IMG/VR virus record: IMGVR_UViG_3300046167_000798
Strand: one strand, 5' to 3'
Length of the DNA stretch: 64,000 nt
Origin: a virus
Taxonomy: Duplodnaviria > Caudoviricetes
Part shown: positions 49,018-59,022 of the stretch, in pieces
How positions within the stretch are numbered: position 1 is the first letter of the stretch
Layout of the letters: each line of letters opens with the position of its first letter
Position numbers and translations under genes: made by a program
Notes under the pieces: model-generated
Told to the model about the DNA's origin: nothing
Database searches by the model: none
What the model saw: only the letters and a program-made list of their open reading frames with translations

Positions 49018-50375
49018 TTGTTTATTTTAATTCTATATTTTTCAGATTCCATATTCTTTAATTTATTTATTTCATCTGATGTTAAACAATTAGCGGTTAA
49101 ACCCACTTCTTCTTGTATATGTAACATATAATCATTTATTTGAGAATTATCATCTGGTAATATTGCTGCATCAGGATACAATATACAATTTTTATCAGTT
49201 TTATTAATATTATCTCTAAATGTTTTAAATGTTTTTGAATTCCGTATCAACCATTCTTTACATAGTTGATTTATTTTTAAACTATTATTAAATACTTCTG
49301 TAAAGGAATTACCACAACAAATTAATCCATGATTTTGTAAGAATATAATTTTTTCATTCACATTCATCGCTTCTGCCAATTCATCTCCAGGTGTTACATA
49401 ATCCACATAATCAAAATCATAATCCTCACATATCTCACTAATAACTTCTTTAGATTCCTTTGAACATAATATAGTGTTTACATATATAGGATGAGTGTGA
49501 TATACAATTCGTTGGTTTATCTTTTTATGAAAGTTTAATTCCATCGAAGGTCTTTCGTTATTATAAACTTTATCATTACCTGTTACAGAATATCCTCCCA
49601 ATATATGTACATCTGACATTGTTTTACCCGATGAGGTTATAATTACTTTATCTTTGAATTTATAAGATAGATTTCCACCAGCACCTTGTATAAGTTCATA
49701 TTCAAAAGATGATTTTCTACAACAGAGTAAAAAGTTTCTATGAAGATTGTAAAGTTTTTTAAGGGTTACCATCACTTCACATCCATATTCAGTTTTACAT
49801 TCGTATTCTAAATCTACTGATTTATCTTTTTTCTCTGTGAAGGTTACAATCACATCTGCATTTTCTTCTTGAGGGTGAATATATTTTATCTCATCCCCTT
49901 TTCTCATATCTATTGCAGATAATACCTGTTCTTTCGTGTATCCTCTTTTTTCAATATCTCTGTTTAACTTCCATTGATATTTTAAATTTTCTTCGGTTTT
50001 GATGTAGATGTTTAAATCAGCTCTATCACATAAATAAGAGTCATAAAGAGAATGCAATCCTTCATTTATGAATACATTATAATCAGGTTTAACTTGTACA
50101 TTATTTACAAACTTACCAGTATCGTGGTCATAGTGATTTCTATATACTGTTTTGTTTTCTAATAAATTAAATATTTGTTGTTTACCTAATTCTAAATTAT
50201 TAGCATCAGGATTTAAATGAGTTATATTTTTCCAATTGGAATCATTTCTTTCCCATTTATGTAAATCATCTCCTGATAGATGACATACATCATCAAACAG
50301 AAAAGATAAGAAAGTAGTAAGTGTAGTTTTTCCAACACCAGAACTACCTCCCACATTTATTAGTTTACTTACCAT
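49014..50375 (-). CDS. phosphoribulokinase/uridine kinase-like domain fused to class II aldolase/adducin domain
   Basis: GGSSGVGKTT, DDLHK, EGLH; GAGGNLS, SSG, RPSME..FH, HTHP, LQNHG. Confidence 0.8.
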   Translation of the reverse strand: MVSKLINVGGSSGVGKTTLTTFLSFLFDDVCHLSGDDLHKWERNDSNWKNITHLNPDANNLELGKQQIFNLLENKTVYRNHYDHDTGKFVNNVQVKPDYNVFINEGLHSLYDSYLCDRADLNIYIKTEENLKYQWKLNRDIEKRGYTKEQVLSAIDMRKGDEIKYIHPQEENADVIVTFTEKKDKSVDLEYECKTEYGCEVMVTLKKLYNLHRNFLLCCRKSSFEYELIQGAGGNLSYKFKDKVIITSSGKTMSDVHILGGYSVTGNDKVYNNERPSMELNFHKKINQRIVYHTHPIYVNTILCSKESKEVISEICEDYDFDYVDYVTPGDELAEAMNVNEKIIFLQNHGLICCGNSFTEVFNNSLKINQLCKEWLIRNSKTFKTFRDNINKTDKNCILYPDAAILPDDNSQINDYMLHIQEEVGLTANCLTSDEINKLKNMESEKYRIKINK

Positions 50376-51229
50376 CCTATTTCGTATATTTTTTTATTAA
50401 TATCTTTTTCAAAATATGGGTATCTAACAAATTCTTTCTTTTGACCTGTTGGAATATTTTGTTTGAAATCTTCAGTCCAATTCTGTGTCCAAGTTTCTCT
50501 TGATAATCCTTTAGAATGAGTACCACCCCACTTCCATGTAAAGTAGTTCCAAGCATGTCTAGGATAGATACCAACTCTTGAAGCTTGCCAAATACCAGTT
50601 TGTTCCCCATCATCAGGTCTTCTTTTTAAATCTTCAGTAATATTTCTATTTCCTGGTACATCTAGTGTAAGGCTGGGATTATTATTGTAAGTTATTCTAT
50701 GCATAATATCATCTACATAGGTTCTTTCTTTATTGTTTTGTATTGAACGAATAAGGTAATCAGCAAAATGATACTGAATTCCACAGAATCTTTCATCATA
50801 TATTCCAACCTTCTTTATATGTTCTGGTGAAAAACTGATAATATTATCACCATATCTACCTTGAACATAATCAAATTTTTCATGTAACTTTAATAAATTA
50901 GAACACCAATTTTTATCACATATTGCATCATTTTGGAATCCCACTACATAATCACAATTTGGTTTTGATAAATCTTTAAATCCATGTATTACTGCTTGAT
51001 TCCAACTTTCACTTAAATTACCATTTGACCAATCGGGTCTTCCTTCATTTCTTATGATTGTAACTTTATCAATATGTTCTTCTTTTAATTTTGTTGAAGT
51101 GTGATTACTGATAACAAATATCTCACCATTACATACAGTCATAAAATCAGATTGTAAAATGTAATCAATAGTTTCTGCAAGAATATCGTTTCTCTTATAT
51201 GTTATAATATACAGTTTTATTTTTTTCAT
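50369..51229 (-). CDS. GT-A-like glycosyltransferase
   Basis: IITYKR, FQNDA, VGIYDERF. Confidence 0.6.
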   Translation of the reverse strand: MKKIKLYIITYKRNDILAETIDYILQSDFMTVCNGEIFVISNHTSTKLKEEHIDKVTIIRNEGRPDWSNGNLSESWNQAVIHGFKDLSKPNCDYVVGFQNDAICDKNWCSNLLKLHEKFDYVQGRYGDNIISFSPEHIKKVGIYDERFCGIQYHFADYLIRSIQNNKERTYVDDIMHRITYNNNPSLTLDVPGNRNITEDLKRRPDDGEQTGIWQASRVGIYPRHAWNYFTWKWGGTHSKGLSRETWTQNWTEDFKQNIPTGQKKEFVRYPYFEKDINKKIYEIGW

Positions 51230-52797
51230 TCTACTTCCAATATTTCTTTCATTATATTGTCAATTGATACTCTATTATCATTTAAGTAAATTTCTCTTAC
51301 TAAATCTTCTTGTGGTTTTTGTTTATGATTACCATTAAATTCACTTTTAACTTCATCACTTACTTTTTTAAATTTATCATCACTTAATTTCTTATAAGAT
51401 TTTCTCCAACCATCTCTAAACCAAGTGAAACCTGTAATATGTAATTCTTTTAAATCATAACAAAGTAAATCCATTATTGTCATTGTACCTGAATTAGGTC
51501 TTGTACCTAACATTCTTGCCACCCCAATATAATAATCAGTATCAGCACAATGAAATGATAGATTCCATTTTTTGTTTTCTTTTTCAAATGAAGTTACATC
51601 ACTATAAAACGAATTAATATATTTTGGATACGGACAAGAAACAAACACATTATCATCTTTCATTTCTTTGTAAAAAATATCACCACAACATTCTGGTGAT
51701 GTATGTAAACAATGATAATGAATATCAGTTCTTGAACCTAGGTCGGATTCTAATCCCTCTTCAATTGGAAATCCTTTATTAACCCTAACTACAATATCAT
51801 AATCATCTATTTCTTTTCCTTTACCACTTCCTACAAGTGAAGGTGATGGGCCTACAATTATAACTTTTTTATCTTTAAGTAAATCATTATATTGAGTATC
51901 ATATTTTCCCTTACTTCTTATTGATAACCAATTTTCATAAGTAAAACCCAATGGATTATCATTTGAAGGTTCTGAATAAATTTTATCTTTATACATATTA
52001 TGAATTGATTGTTTTAGTTGTGGGTTTCTATCATATTGATGAACGATTACAAATGGTTCTCCTTTTTGATTTCTAATTAAATCATCTACGATTGGAGTAG
52101 GTTCTAATAATTTATCACCAAAGTGGTCTTTCTTAATTAGAACAGTTCCAAGTTGTGTTGCAAATCCATCTTCTTGTGGTGTGAATTGTACAATATCTTT
52201 ATATTGAGTTTGGTTAATTAAAACATTATATGCTGCTTGGTCTGATAACTGGTCTGGATTCGAACTTGTTAAACTCCATCGATAAATGTTTATAAACAAA
52301 TCTCTGATGTATTCTTTATCACCAGCAATAGTTCCTGCACAATGTGATGTTTTATTTTGTAACCATTCCCATTCCATAGGGAAAGATGTTCCTGCATTTG
52401 TAACTGCCCATTCATCATCTTTAAATGTAATACATTCTGAACAAGCTATAATTGGTTTAGTTTTGTTCTTATTTAACCAATGAGATGGATTTGTTTGAAA
52501 TATAACATCTTTAACATCAGTCCAAATAATTCTATCACAATCAATATCTTTTAGAAGATGGTGTAAATCTAAAAATCTCTGTAAAATAATATGTTGATTT
52601 AACTGAGATTGATAAACATCGAAATGATTTGATTTTAAATAATTGATTACATCTTGTGATACATCATATACTAACATCATTTTACCACCAGTATAACCAC
52701 TTCTTTGAATTGATTCTACCCAAGGTTCGATATCTGATTTGGAGTATTTAGTAATACATCCTACTAGTAAATCTTTTTTAGAATATGGTTTATTCAC
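51226..52797 (-). CDS. GT-A-like domain fused to GT29 sialyltransferase-like domain
   Basis: N: WTDVKDV, DQAAYN, HQYDR; C: IIVGPSPSL..G..IDDYDIVVRVN…GSRT (L-motif-like), PNSG (S-motif-like). Confidence 0.7.
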   Translation of the reverse strand: MNKPYSKKDLLVGCITKYSKSDIEPWVESIQRSGYTGGKMMLVYDVSQDVINYLKSNHFDVYQSQLNQHIILQRFLDLHHLLKDIDCDRIIWTDVKDVIFQTNPSHWLNKNKTKPIIACSECITFKDDEWAVTNAGTSFPMEWEWLQNKTSHCAGTIAGDKEYIRDLFINIYRWSLTSSNPDQLSDQAAYNVLINQTQYKDIVQFTPQEDGFATQLGTVLIKKDHFGDKLLEPTPIVDDLIRNQKGEPFVIVHQYDRNPQLKQSIHNMYKDKIYSEPSNDNPLGFTYENWLSIRSKGKYDTQYNDLLKDKKVIIVGPSPSLVGSGKGKEIDDYDIVVRVNKGFPIEEGLESDLGSRTDIHYHCLHTSPECCGDIFYKEMKDDNVFVSCPYPKYINSFYSDVTSFEKENKKWNLSFHCADTDYYIGVARMLGTRPNSGTMTIMDLLCYDLKELHITGFTWFRDGWRKSYKKLSDDKFKKVSDEVKSEFNGNHKQKPQEDLVREIYLNDNRVSIDNIMKEILEVE

Positions 52798-52813
52798 TAT
52801 GTGTATGATTTTA

Positions 52814-53662
52814 TTATAAACTTTTTATATAATCTTCCAATCTATCTTTTGGTTTCCATCCCAAAATCTTTCGTGCATCTTGGCAGGTACTACGAGTTTC
52901 TCTGTAATTACCTTTTTGGTCGGGTATATGAACTGATTCTATTTTAGGATATCTTTCTTTAAAAAACTGAAACAATTCTAATATAGAATAACTCTTCCCT
53001 ACACCAAGTTCCCATCCATCATTATGAACCACATCTTGATTCCAAACTTTAATTAATGCATCTACAATATCATCAACATGAATAAAATCTCTTCTCTGAT
53101 GTCCATCTCCTACAATAGTAATTGGTTTACCTTCTTCAATCAATTTTCTCCATATACCAATTACGTTACCATTTTTTATATCTAATGATTCATTAGGCCC
53201 ATACGCATTGTAAAATCTACATATTTGATTATGACCATCGAAAGAATTTCTATATAATCTTAAAATTTCTTCACCAAGAAACTTGTACATAGCATATGGT
53301 GAATCTGTTGGGTCATTATGTTTTGATGATGAACCTGCATAAATAACTTGACAATCATTTGCTTTAGACCATTCCATAACCGCAGATGTTCCAACTACAT
53401 TTGCCCTAAGTGTTTCAGTAGGGTCATCAAATGATGGTTGTACTCTTGATTGTGCAGCTAAATGAAAACATATTTCATAATCTCCTTTGATATATTCAAT
53501 TGTCTCAATATCACCCTCAATATACTTTACACCTTCAACATGATTTCTTTTATCACCAGTTGAGTAATTATCCAAAGATACAACTTGACATCCTTCTTTT
53601 ACTAATCTTTTTATAAGATTAGAACCTATAAATCCTGCTCCACCTGTTACTAATGCTTTCAT
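52814..53662 (-). CDS. NAD-dependent epimerase/dehydratase
   Basis: VTGGAGFIGS, HLAA, YAMYK, RDFIHVDD. Confidence 0.9.
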   Translation of the reverse strand: MKALVTGGAGFIGSNLIKRLVKEGCQVVSLDNYSTGDKRNHVEGVKYIEGDIETIEYIKGDYEICFHLAAQSRVQPSFDDPTETLRANVVGTSAVMEWSKANDCQVIYAGSSSKHNDPTDSPYAMYKFLGEEILRLYRNSFDGHNQICRFYNAYGPNESLDIKNGNVIGIWRKLIEEGKPITIVGDGHQRRDFIHVDDIVDALIKVWNQDVVHNDGWELGVGKSYSILELFQFFKERYPKIESVHIPDQKGNYRETRSTCQDARKILGWKPKDRLEDYIKSL

Positions 53663-53961
53663 TATTCTACTATACCTATTAACTGATGTTCATTAAAAAT
53701 TATATACTTATTTCCATCAATCTCAATAGTATTATTTGCATGAGATTGTTCATATATAACACTATCTCCAACTTTCACAGTCATAGGTATTCTTTCTCCA
53801 CTCTGAGAAAATATTCCTGTTCCTATTTCTACAACTTCACCATAAACTTTTTTACTATTTGTAGTTGAGTTGGATAAAATAAGTCCTGATTTTGATTTTT
53901 CTTCCTTGATTTCGCTTGGTTTTACCAAAACTCTATCACCTAATGGTTTAAATTGTTTCAT
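53662..53961 (-). CDS. groS: co-chaperonin GroES
   Basis: KPLGDRVLV, SGLIL, GEVVEIG.G, VKVGD. Confidence 0.9.
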   Translation of the reverse strand: MKQFKPLGDRVLVKPSEIKEEKSKSGLILSNSTTNSKKVYGEVVEIGTGIFSQSGERIPMTVKVGDSVIYEQSHANNTIEIDGNKYIIFNEHQLIGIVE

Positions 53962-54571
53962 AAAATTCGTTTTGTTTTTCTTGTTTATCTATTTGTTTAT
54001 AATGGTACAATGACCAAACTTCTTCAGCTGGGAAGTTTGAAAAAGTATCATATCCTGTTAAGGTTTCGTGAACTTTATTTCCCCACTCTATATCATCTGT
54101 TTTTTTATATATTCTTAATTGATAATCTGGCCAATTAACCCATCCTTTATCATTAACATTCCATCTCCATTTATCAATATGTTCTTGAGTAATATCTTGA
54201 ACAATATTAACTCTTGGTACAAATATAACATCAACAGGATTTTGTTCTATCAAAGTAGGTAAGTGTTCTATTAAAGCAGCATTTGGAATCTCATCCGCAT
54301 CAATTTGGAAAATATAATCTCCACTACAATTTGATTTTAAATTATTTTTAAATGTTGCAAAATCTTTGTTAAGAGGAAATCCAATTACTTTATGATTTTT
54401 ATGCATAGAATCCATTAATGTAATATAATCTTTTACTTCATCTGTTACAGATAATTCATCATATTGAATTAGTATTTCATCATCTGGTCTTATATTTAGT
54501 TGTAAGAAATTAAGAAGATTTGTTATTTCTTCTAACTCATTACAAACTGTTATAGCGTAACTAATCTTCAT
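53948..54571 (-). CDS. glycosyltransferase family 2
   Basis: ISYAITVCNE, IFQIDADE, WPDYQ.R, VHE. Confidence 0.85.
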   Translation of the reverse strand: MKISYAITVCNELEEITNLLNFLQLNIRPDDEILIQYDELSVTDEVKDYITLMDSMHKNHKVIGFPLNKDFATFKNNLKSNCSGDYIFQIDADEIPNAALIEHLPTLIEQNPVDVIFVPRVNIVQDITQEHIDKWRWNVNDKGWVNWPDYQLRIYKKTDDIEWGNKVHETLTGYDTFSNFPAEEVWSLYHYKQIDKQEKQNEFYETI

Positions 54572-55094
54572 TTGGTGTATCTATTTCTGATTGTTCTTCT
54601 CTTAGAATTTCTCTCTTTTCAGGTGGAGTTGTTTTTTCTCCGAAAAGATTTTCTAATATATCTTGTTCAAATCTTATTTCATATACATTTGTAATTTTAT
54701 TTAAGATATAAGTTCTATAATTATTAAAATCTCTACGATATAAGTTTTGATTATTTTTTATATGTGCATCAAAAAGATTATTACCTGTTCTATCAAATTT
54801 TTTCAACATTAATTCTAATCTTAAATCAGAACTCAATGGTAATCTTTTATCTCTCAATTTACCAATCAGTTGAGTAAAGTGTAATGGATTTATTGGATTT
54901 AACTTTATACAATGTATCTTATCTCCAACAATACCAATTACAAAAACATATCTTGATTCTTCTGCCTGTTTAGTAGGTGGATTACCTCCTTTATATGTAG
55001 TAATACGATAAATATTTCTTGGTCTGATTTGAGCTCTTGGTACTCTTTTTTCTGGTTTTAAAAATTTAGTATATTGTCTTGTAAAATTTGCCAT
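54561..55094 (-). CDS. hypothetical protein
   Basis: 177-aa basic ORF. Confidence 0.65.
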   Translation of the reverse strand: MANFTRQYTKFLKPEKRVPRAQIRPRNIYRITTYKGGNPPTKQAEESRYVFVIGIVGDKIHCIKLNPINPLHFTQLIGKLRDKRLPLSSDLRLELMLKKFDRTGNNLFDAHIKNNQNLYRRDFNNYRTYILNKITNVYEIRFEQDILENLFGEKTTPPEKREILREEQSEIDTPNED

Positions 55095-56362
55095 TATAAT
55101 TTATTAATAGTTGGTAATTTCATTTGAATGTGTTTAGGTTTTTGTTTAACTTTAACATACTTCTCAAGTATTTCACCTAACTTACTTGTCATTTTATCTA
55201 ATGTAAAATTGTTATTAATATTACTTTTTAGTCCTTCTGATTGTTTCAAGTATTTGTTATAGTTTTTATGTACATCATAAATCTTACCTGCTGCTTTTGA
55301 ATAATCTACATAGAACCATTTTGATTCTTTAAGTAGAAATTTATTTTGTGCCGTTTGATGTACATCTTTCAATTCTCCTTCTAAGTAAACTGTATTTTCT
55401 TCTGGTAAGAAATCTTTATATCCGCTCCAATTAGAAACTAATATTGGTTTACCTGTTGTTGCAAACTCTGCAAGTGGTCTACCATAACCTTCACCTTTAG
55501 TGAACATTAACATTGCTTTTACTTTTTTATCATTATAAAGTGAGTTTAGTTCTTCTTCAGATAAATCTCCAAATACTAAATGAATAGGAGGACATGAATC
55601 ACCATATTCTTTTGTAACATTATTTAATGTATCTGAGATTTTTTCTCTCTCACCTACCGAAAATCCAGCATGAGATGTTTTAAGAATAAGACCAGGTTGT
55701 TGTTTCTTCGGTACATCTCTAAAAACTGTACAGAATGTTTTAATCATCATTCCTACATCTTTTCTATCATGTCCTAAATCACCACTTAACCAATGTCCTA
55801 CAAATAAGAAATTAAAATCAGTATCAACTGAATCTAAAATGGATTTAGATGATTTACCATTAAATATTGTAGTATCAACACCTTCAAATAAAACAGCACA
55901 AGGTTTTTCTAACTTTAATTCTCCTGTTTTTTGTTTTGTGTTTTTATCAATCTGAGTATAAACTGTCTTTACAAGAGTGTCTTTTGTAAATTGTGATGGA
56001 GTTATAATTAAATCCATTTGATTAGAACCTTGTAAAAAGTCTTGAGGAGATACTGTTGTTTCTACACCAGCAGTAATACCTATATTGTACTCTCCTACTT
56101 TCTTAAATTCATTTGCAACAGATATCTGTATAAAAATATCTGGTGTTCTATCCAAGTTAGTTACGAGACTTGATAGAACTTTTTTACCAAACTCAGTTTG
56201 TGGATTGATTTGGTCTTGTGGAGTATTTCCCCATCGTGTTGGTACAATTTTAACATCGTACTTATCTAATTCAAATAATGATTTCAAGATATCTCTTGAA
56301 TGGTCACCATAACCACTTCTTGTAGCAATAGGTGCTTGTAATACTAATATTGGTTTATTCAT
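55094..56362 (-). CDS. GT-B (GT4-like) glycosyltransferase
   Basis: SGYG, FLFVGHW, RKDVG, KGEGYGRPLAEF. Confidence 0.8.
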   Translation of the reverse strand: MNKPILVLQAPIATRSGYGDHSRDILKSLFELDKYDVKIVPTRWGNTPQDQINPQTEFGKKVLSSLVTNLDRTPDIFIQISVANEFKKVGEYNIGITAGVETTVSPQDFLQGSNQMDLIITPSQFTKDTLVKTVYTQIDKNTKQKTGELKLEKPCAVLFEGVDTTIFNGKSSKSILDSVDTDFNFLFVGHWLSGDLGHDRKDVGMMIKTFCTVFRDVPKKQQPGLILKTSHAGFSVGEREKISDTLNNVTKEYGDSCPPIHLVFGDLSEEELNSLYNDKKVKAMLMFTKGEGYGRPLAEFATTGKPILVSNWSGYKDFLPEENTVYLEGELKDVHQTAQNKFLLKESKWFYVDYSKAAGKIYDVHKNYNKYLKQSEGLKSNINNNFTLDKMTSKLGEILEKYVKVKQKPKHIQMKLPTINKL

Positions 56363-56633
56363 TGTCTAATTCTCTTAATCTATTTTCTTCTTCGTTTCTC
56401 AAACATCTTTCAATTGATATTTGAGTTAGTTTTGTTACTTCTTCTAACTTTTCTGGTTCATGAGGTGAATTATAACATTCAAATCTTATAGTTTCAACTT
56501 CATTATCAGATAATACCAATACATGATAATCAATTGATAGTTCTTTTCTATCATAAATTGCTTTTCTTGATACATCAAATTGTCTAGGATTCCAATAACC
56601 TGGTAATCTAACTATAAAAATTGGTTTACCCAT
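56355..56633 (-). CDS. hypothetical protein
   Basis: 92-aa ORF coupled both sides. Confidence 0.6.
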   Translation of the reverse strand: MGKPIFIVRLPGYWNPRQFDVSRKAIYDRKELSIDYHVLVLSDNEVETIRFECYNSPHEPEKLEEVTKLTQISIERCLRNEEENRLRELDNE

Positions 56634-58021
56634 TACCTAATTTTATAAACGTTAAACTTTTTCTTTGGTTTGAAATTCTTAAATGTGGTTTCAATTCCAT
56701 CAACAAGTGTTTTACACATATTTTTAGAATTCAATCCCATTTCACCTAAAAATTCTTTTCTACCTTTCTTACCAGCTTCTTTTCTTTCTTGAGGTGTTTT
56801 ATCATACCAATATCTGATTGCACTTGTTACATCGTATATATCTACCTTATCATCTATGATATATGGAGTAGGAATAGAACCAACTAATGTTTGAACTCTT
56901 GGCCATACTGGTTTTACCCACTCACCATGAGTTACTTTATCTTCCCATTCTCTCCAATCATGAAGTGAACCAATTTGTTTATAATCATCGGCTGTAAGAT
57001 ATTTTTTAGTTGATTTCTTTTTGAATCCACATTGGTCTTGTAATCCACCTGTAACATTTACAATGATAGGAGTTTCTGTCATTACCGATTCTGCAGTTAC
57101 CAATCCAAATCCTTCGTTACCTGCAATATTAATTGTACAATCTGATAAGTTATAAATCCAATTTAATTCATTTTGGTTTACCCTATCTGTTGAAAATTTA
57201 ATTTCACAACCAGGTGCTATTCTATTAGCAACTTCTATTAGATTTGTTCCATTTTGGTCAACAGGATTTGTATGCATTATTAAACAAGTTTTATCTCTAT
57301 CTTCCTCTGGTAATCCATCTACAAAGTTTTTATATGCCCATATTACATCAGATGGTTGTTTTCTTTTAATGTTTCTATTCATCCAAAATAAAACAAACTT
57401 GTAATCTTTATCACCTAATAACTGTTTTTTAAACTCAGCTGGTACTTCTGTTGGTTTATATGTATCAGGATTAATACCATGTGGTACATAAGATACTTGC
57501 CAATCTTCTAAGGGTTTGATTGTTTCTGAATCTATATTACCAACTCTACTTACTATACCATAGGTTTGTCTTGAGATACATCCCAACCAATCACATGATT
57601 CATAATAGTTTCTATTGTAATGAGGGTCTGGTAAATCATCCCATATATGATAAAATAGAATTGGAATATTTTGTCTTAGTTCCGCTTCCATCTCATATAA
57701 CCATCTCCAATATCTTGGGTCTGTAAAGTGTAGAATTGCATCAGGTTGGTGTCTCATGATTAATTCTCTAAGAATATTAGCATCACCATAACCAGTCCAA
57801 GGAATGATTTTTAGTGAAGCATCTTCTACTCCACTAATTTTTCGTGCATCTGCACCTAAATCAATTTCTTTACCTTGGTCAGGATGTTTAACCGCTGCTC
57901 CTAATTGAACCCAATCATATTTATCAAAAGTACCAAAAACTAATTCTTTAGATACAGTTGCAATACCAGATGACATTCGTAAATCATCAGATAGTAATAA
58001 AATTTTCTTCTTTTTACTCAT
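56633..58021 (-). CDS. GT-B (GT4-like) glycosyltransferase
   Basis: SDDLRMSSG, VPHGI, NRNIKRK, NEGFGL..AE. Confidence 0.8.
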   Translation of the reverse strand: MSKKKKILLLSDDLRMSSGIATVSKELVFGTFDKYDWVQLGAAVKHPDQGKEIDLGADARKISGVEDASLKIIPWTGYGDANILRELIMRHQPDAILHFTDPRYWRWLYEMEAELRQNIPILFYHIWDDLPDPHYNRNYYESCDWLGCISRQTYGIVSRVGNIDSETIKPLEDWQVSYVPHGINPDTYKPTEVPAEFKKQLLGDKDYKFVLFWMNRNIKRKQPSDVIWAYKNFVDGLPEEDRDKTCLIMHTNPVDQNGTNLIEVANRIAPGCEIKFSTDRVNQNELNWIYNLSDCTINIAGNEGFGLVTAESVMTETPIIVNVTGGLQDQCGFKKKSTKKYLTADDYKQIGSLHDWREWEDKVTHGEWVKPVWPRVQTLVGSIPTPYIIDDKVDIYDVTSAIRYWYDKTPQERKEAGKKGRKEFLGEMGLNSKNMCKTLVDGIETTFKNFKPKKKFNVYKIR

Positions 58022-58199
58022 ATAACCTTAATTAATAATTTTTTTAAATGTTTCCGAATCTTCTCTTAGATTTCCAAATCACTCTTTTCGTACTACCTAC
58101 CATTCTTTTCTTAGAAACTAATTCATTAAAATTATCTCTAAGTTGATTTAACTGAGGTCCACTTGCTTTTTCTGTACTCATTTGTTTTTTTACTTTTTT

Positions 58200-58394
58200 T
58201 TAAAATTGAGAACCACTTTCATGTAGGTTCTGGTAACTATTTATTTCACTTCTAAATGTTTCATCTTCAATATACTTATCAACTGAACGATTTACTAGTT
58301 TTTGTAATGTGATGTTTGAATCAAATGAAATCCTTTTGAATGATGAGTAAATATCTTTTATGATTTTTACTGTTGTTAATTTTGTTTCTGCCAT
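58200..58394 (-). CDS. ribbon-helix-helix-like small DNA-binding protein
   Basis: KLTTVKI…Y..FK…TLQKLVNRSV; ATATTTATA at 58422-58430; likely start MAETK. Confidence 0.55.
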   Translation of the reverse strand: MAETKLTTVKIIKDIYSSFKRISFDSNITLQKLVNRSVDKYIEDETFRSEINSYQNLHESGSQF

Positions 58395-58448
58395 AACTCT
58401 CCGTTTTTTAATGTTATTATGTATAAATATATACAAATATATAAAACA

Positions 58449-59012
58449 TTAAATTAAATCGTGTTTTTTTAAAGCATCTTTTTCTAAAAATATAGTACAA
58501 CTCCATCTTTCACCTGATTCTATTGGAGTAACCCAATGTACTTGAGCATTTCCAAAGATACATACATTACCAATTTCTTGATTTATAAGTATATCTTTAT
58601 TATCATTAACCCACAATTCTCCACCACTATATTCATCAAGTGAACCAAGTTGCATCAAAATTGTGTAATATCGTTTTCTACCAAGTTTAGTCTTTCCTTC
58701 TGAAACATCATCTATGTGTGGTTTAAATTCAAATCCTTTTGGATATTTTTGAACAATCATTTCCCATCCTAAATTTACAATTGGTAGATTTAACTCACCA
58801 ACCCAATTTAGTATTCTTTCATTTATCCAATTATATTTATTCGAAGAGCTCCAAGGTAGATGTTCTGCTAAATTATGGCCTCCTTTAGGGTCATGTTTTC
58901 CATCATTCATATCAGGATGATATGTACCAATAACTCTATCTTCTAGTTTAGTAACATATCCACGAATTTTGTGAATCTCTTCTTTAGTAAATAAAACCTT
59001 TTGATGTAACAT
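58449..59012 (-). CDS. 2OG-Fe(II) oxygenase
   Basis: PHID, YSGGEL, HWVTPIESGERWS. Confidence 0.85.
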   Translation of the reverse strand: MLHQKVLFTKEEIHKIRGYVTKLEDRVIGTYHPDMNDGKHDPKGGHNLAEHLPWSSSNKYNWINERILNWVGELNLPIVNLGWEMIVQKYPKGFEFKPHIDDVSEGKTKLGRKRYYTILMQLGSLDEYSGGELWVNDNKDILINQEIGNVCIFGNAQVHWVTPIESGERWSCTIFLEKDALKKHDLI

Positions 59013-59022
59013 CTATTTTATT

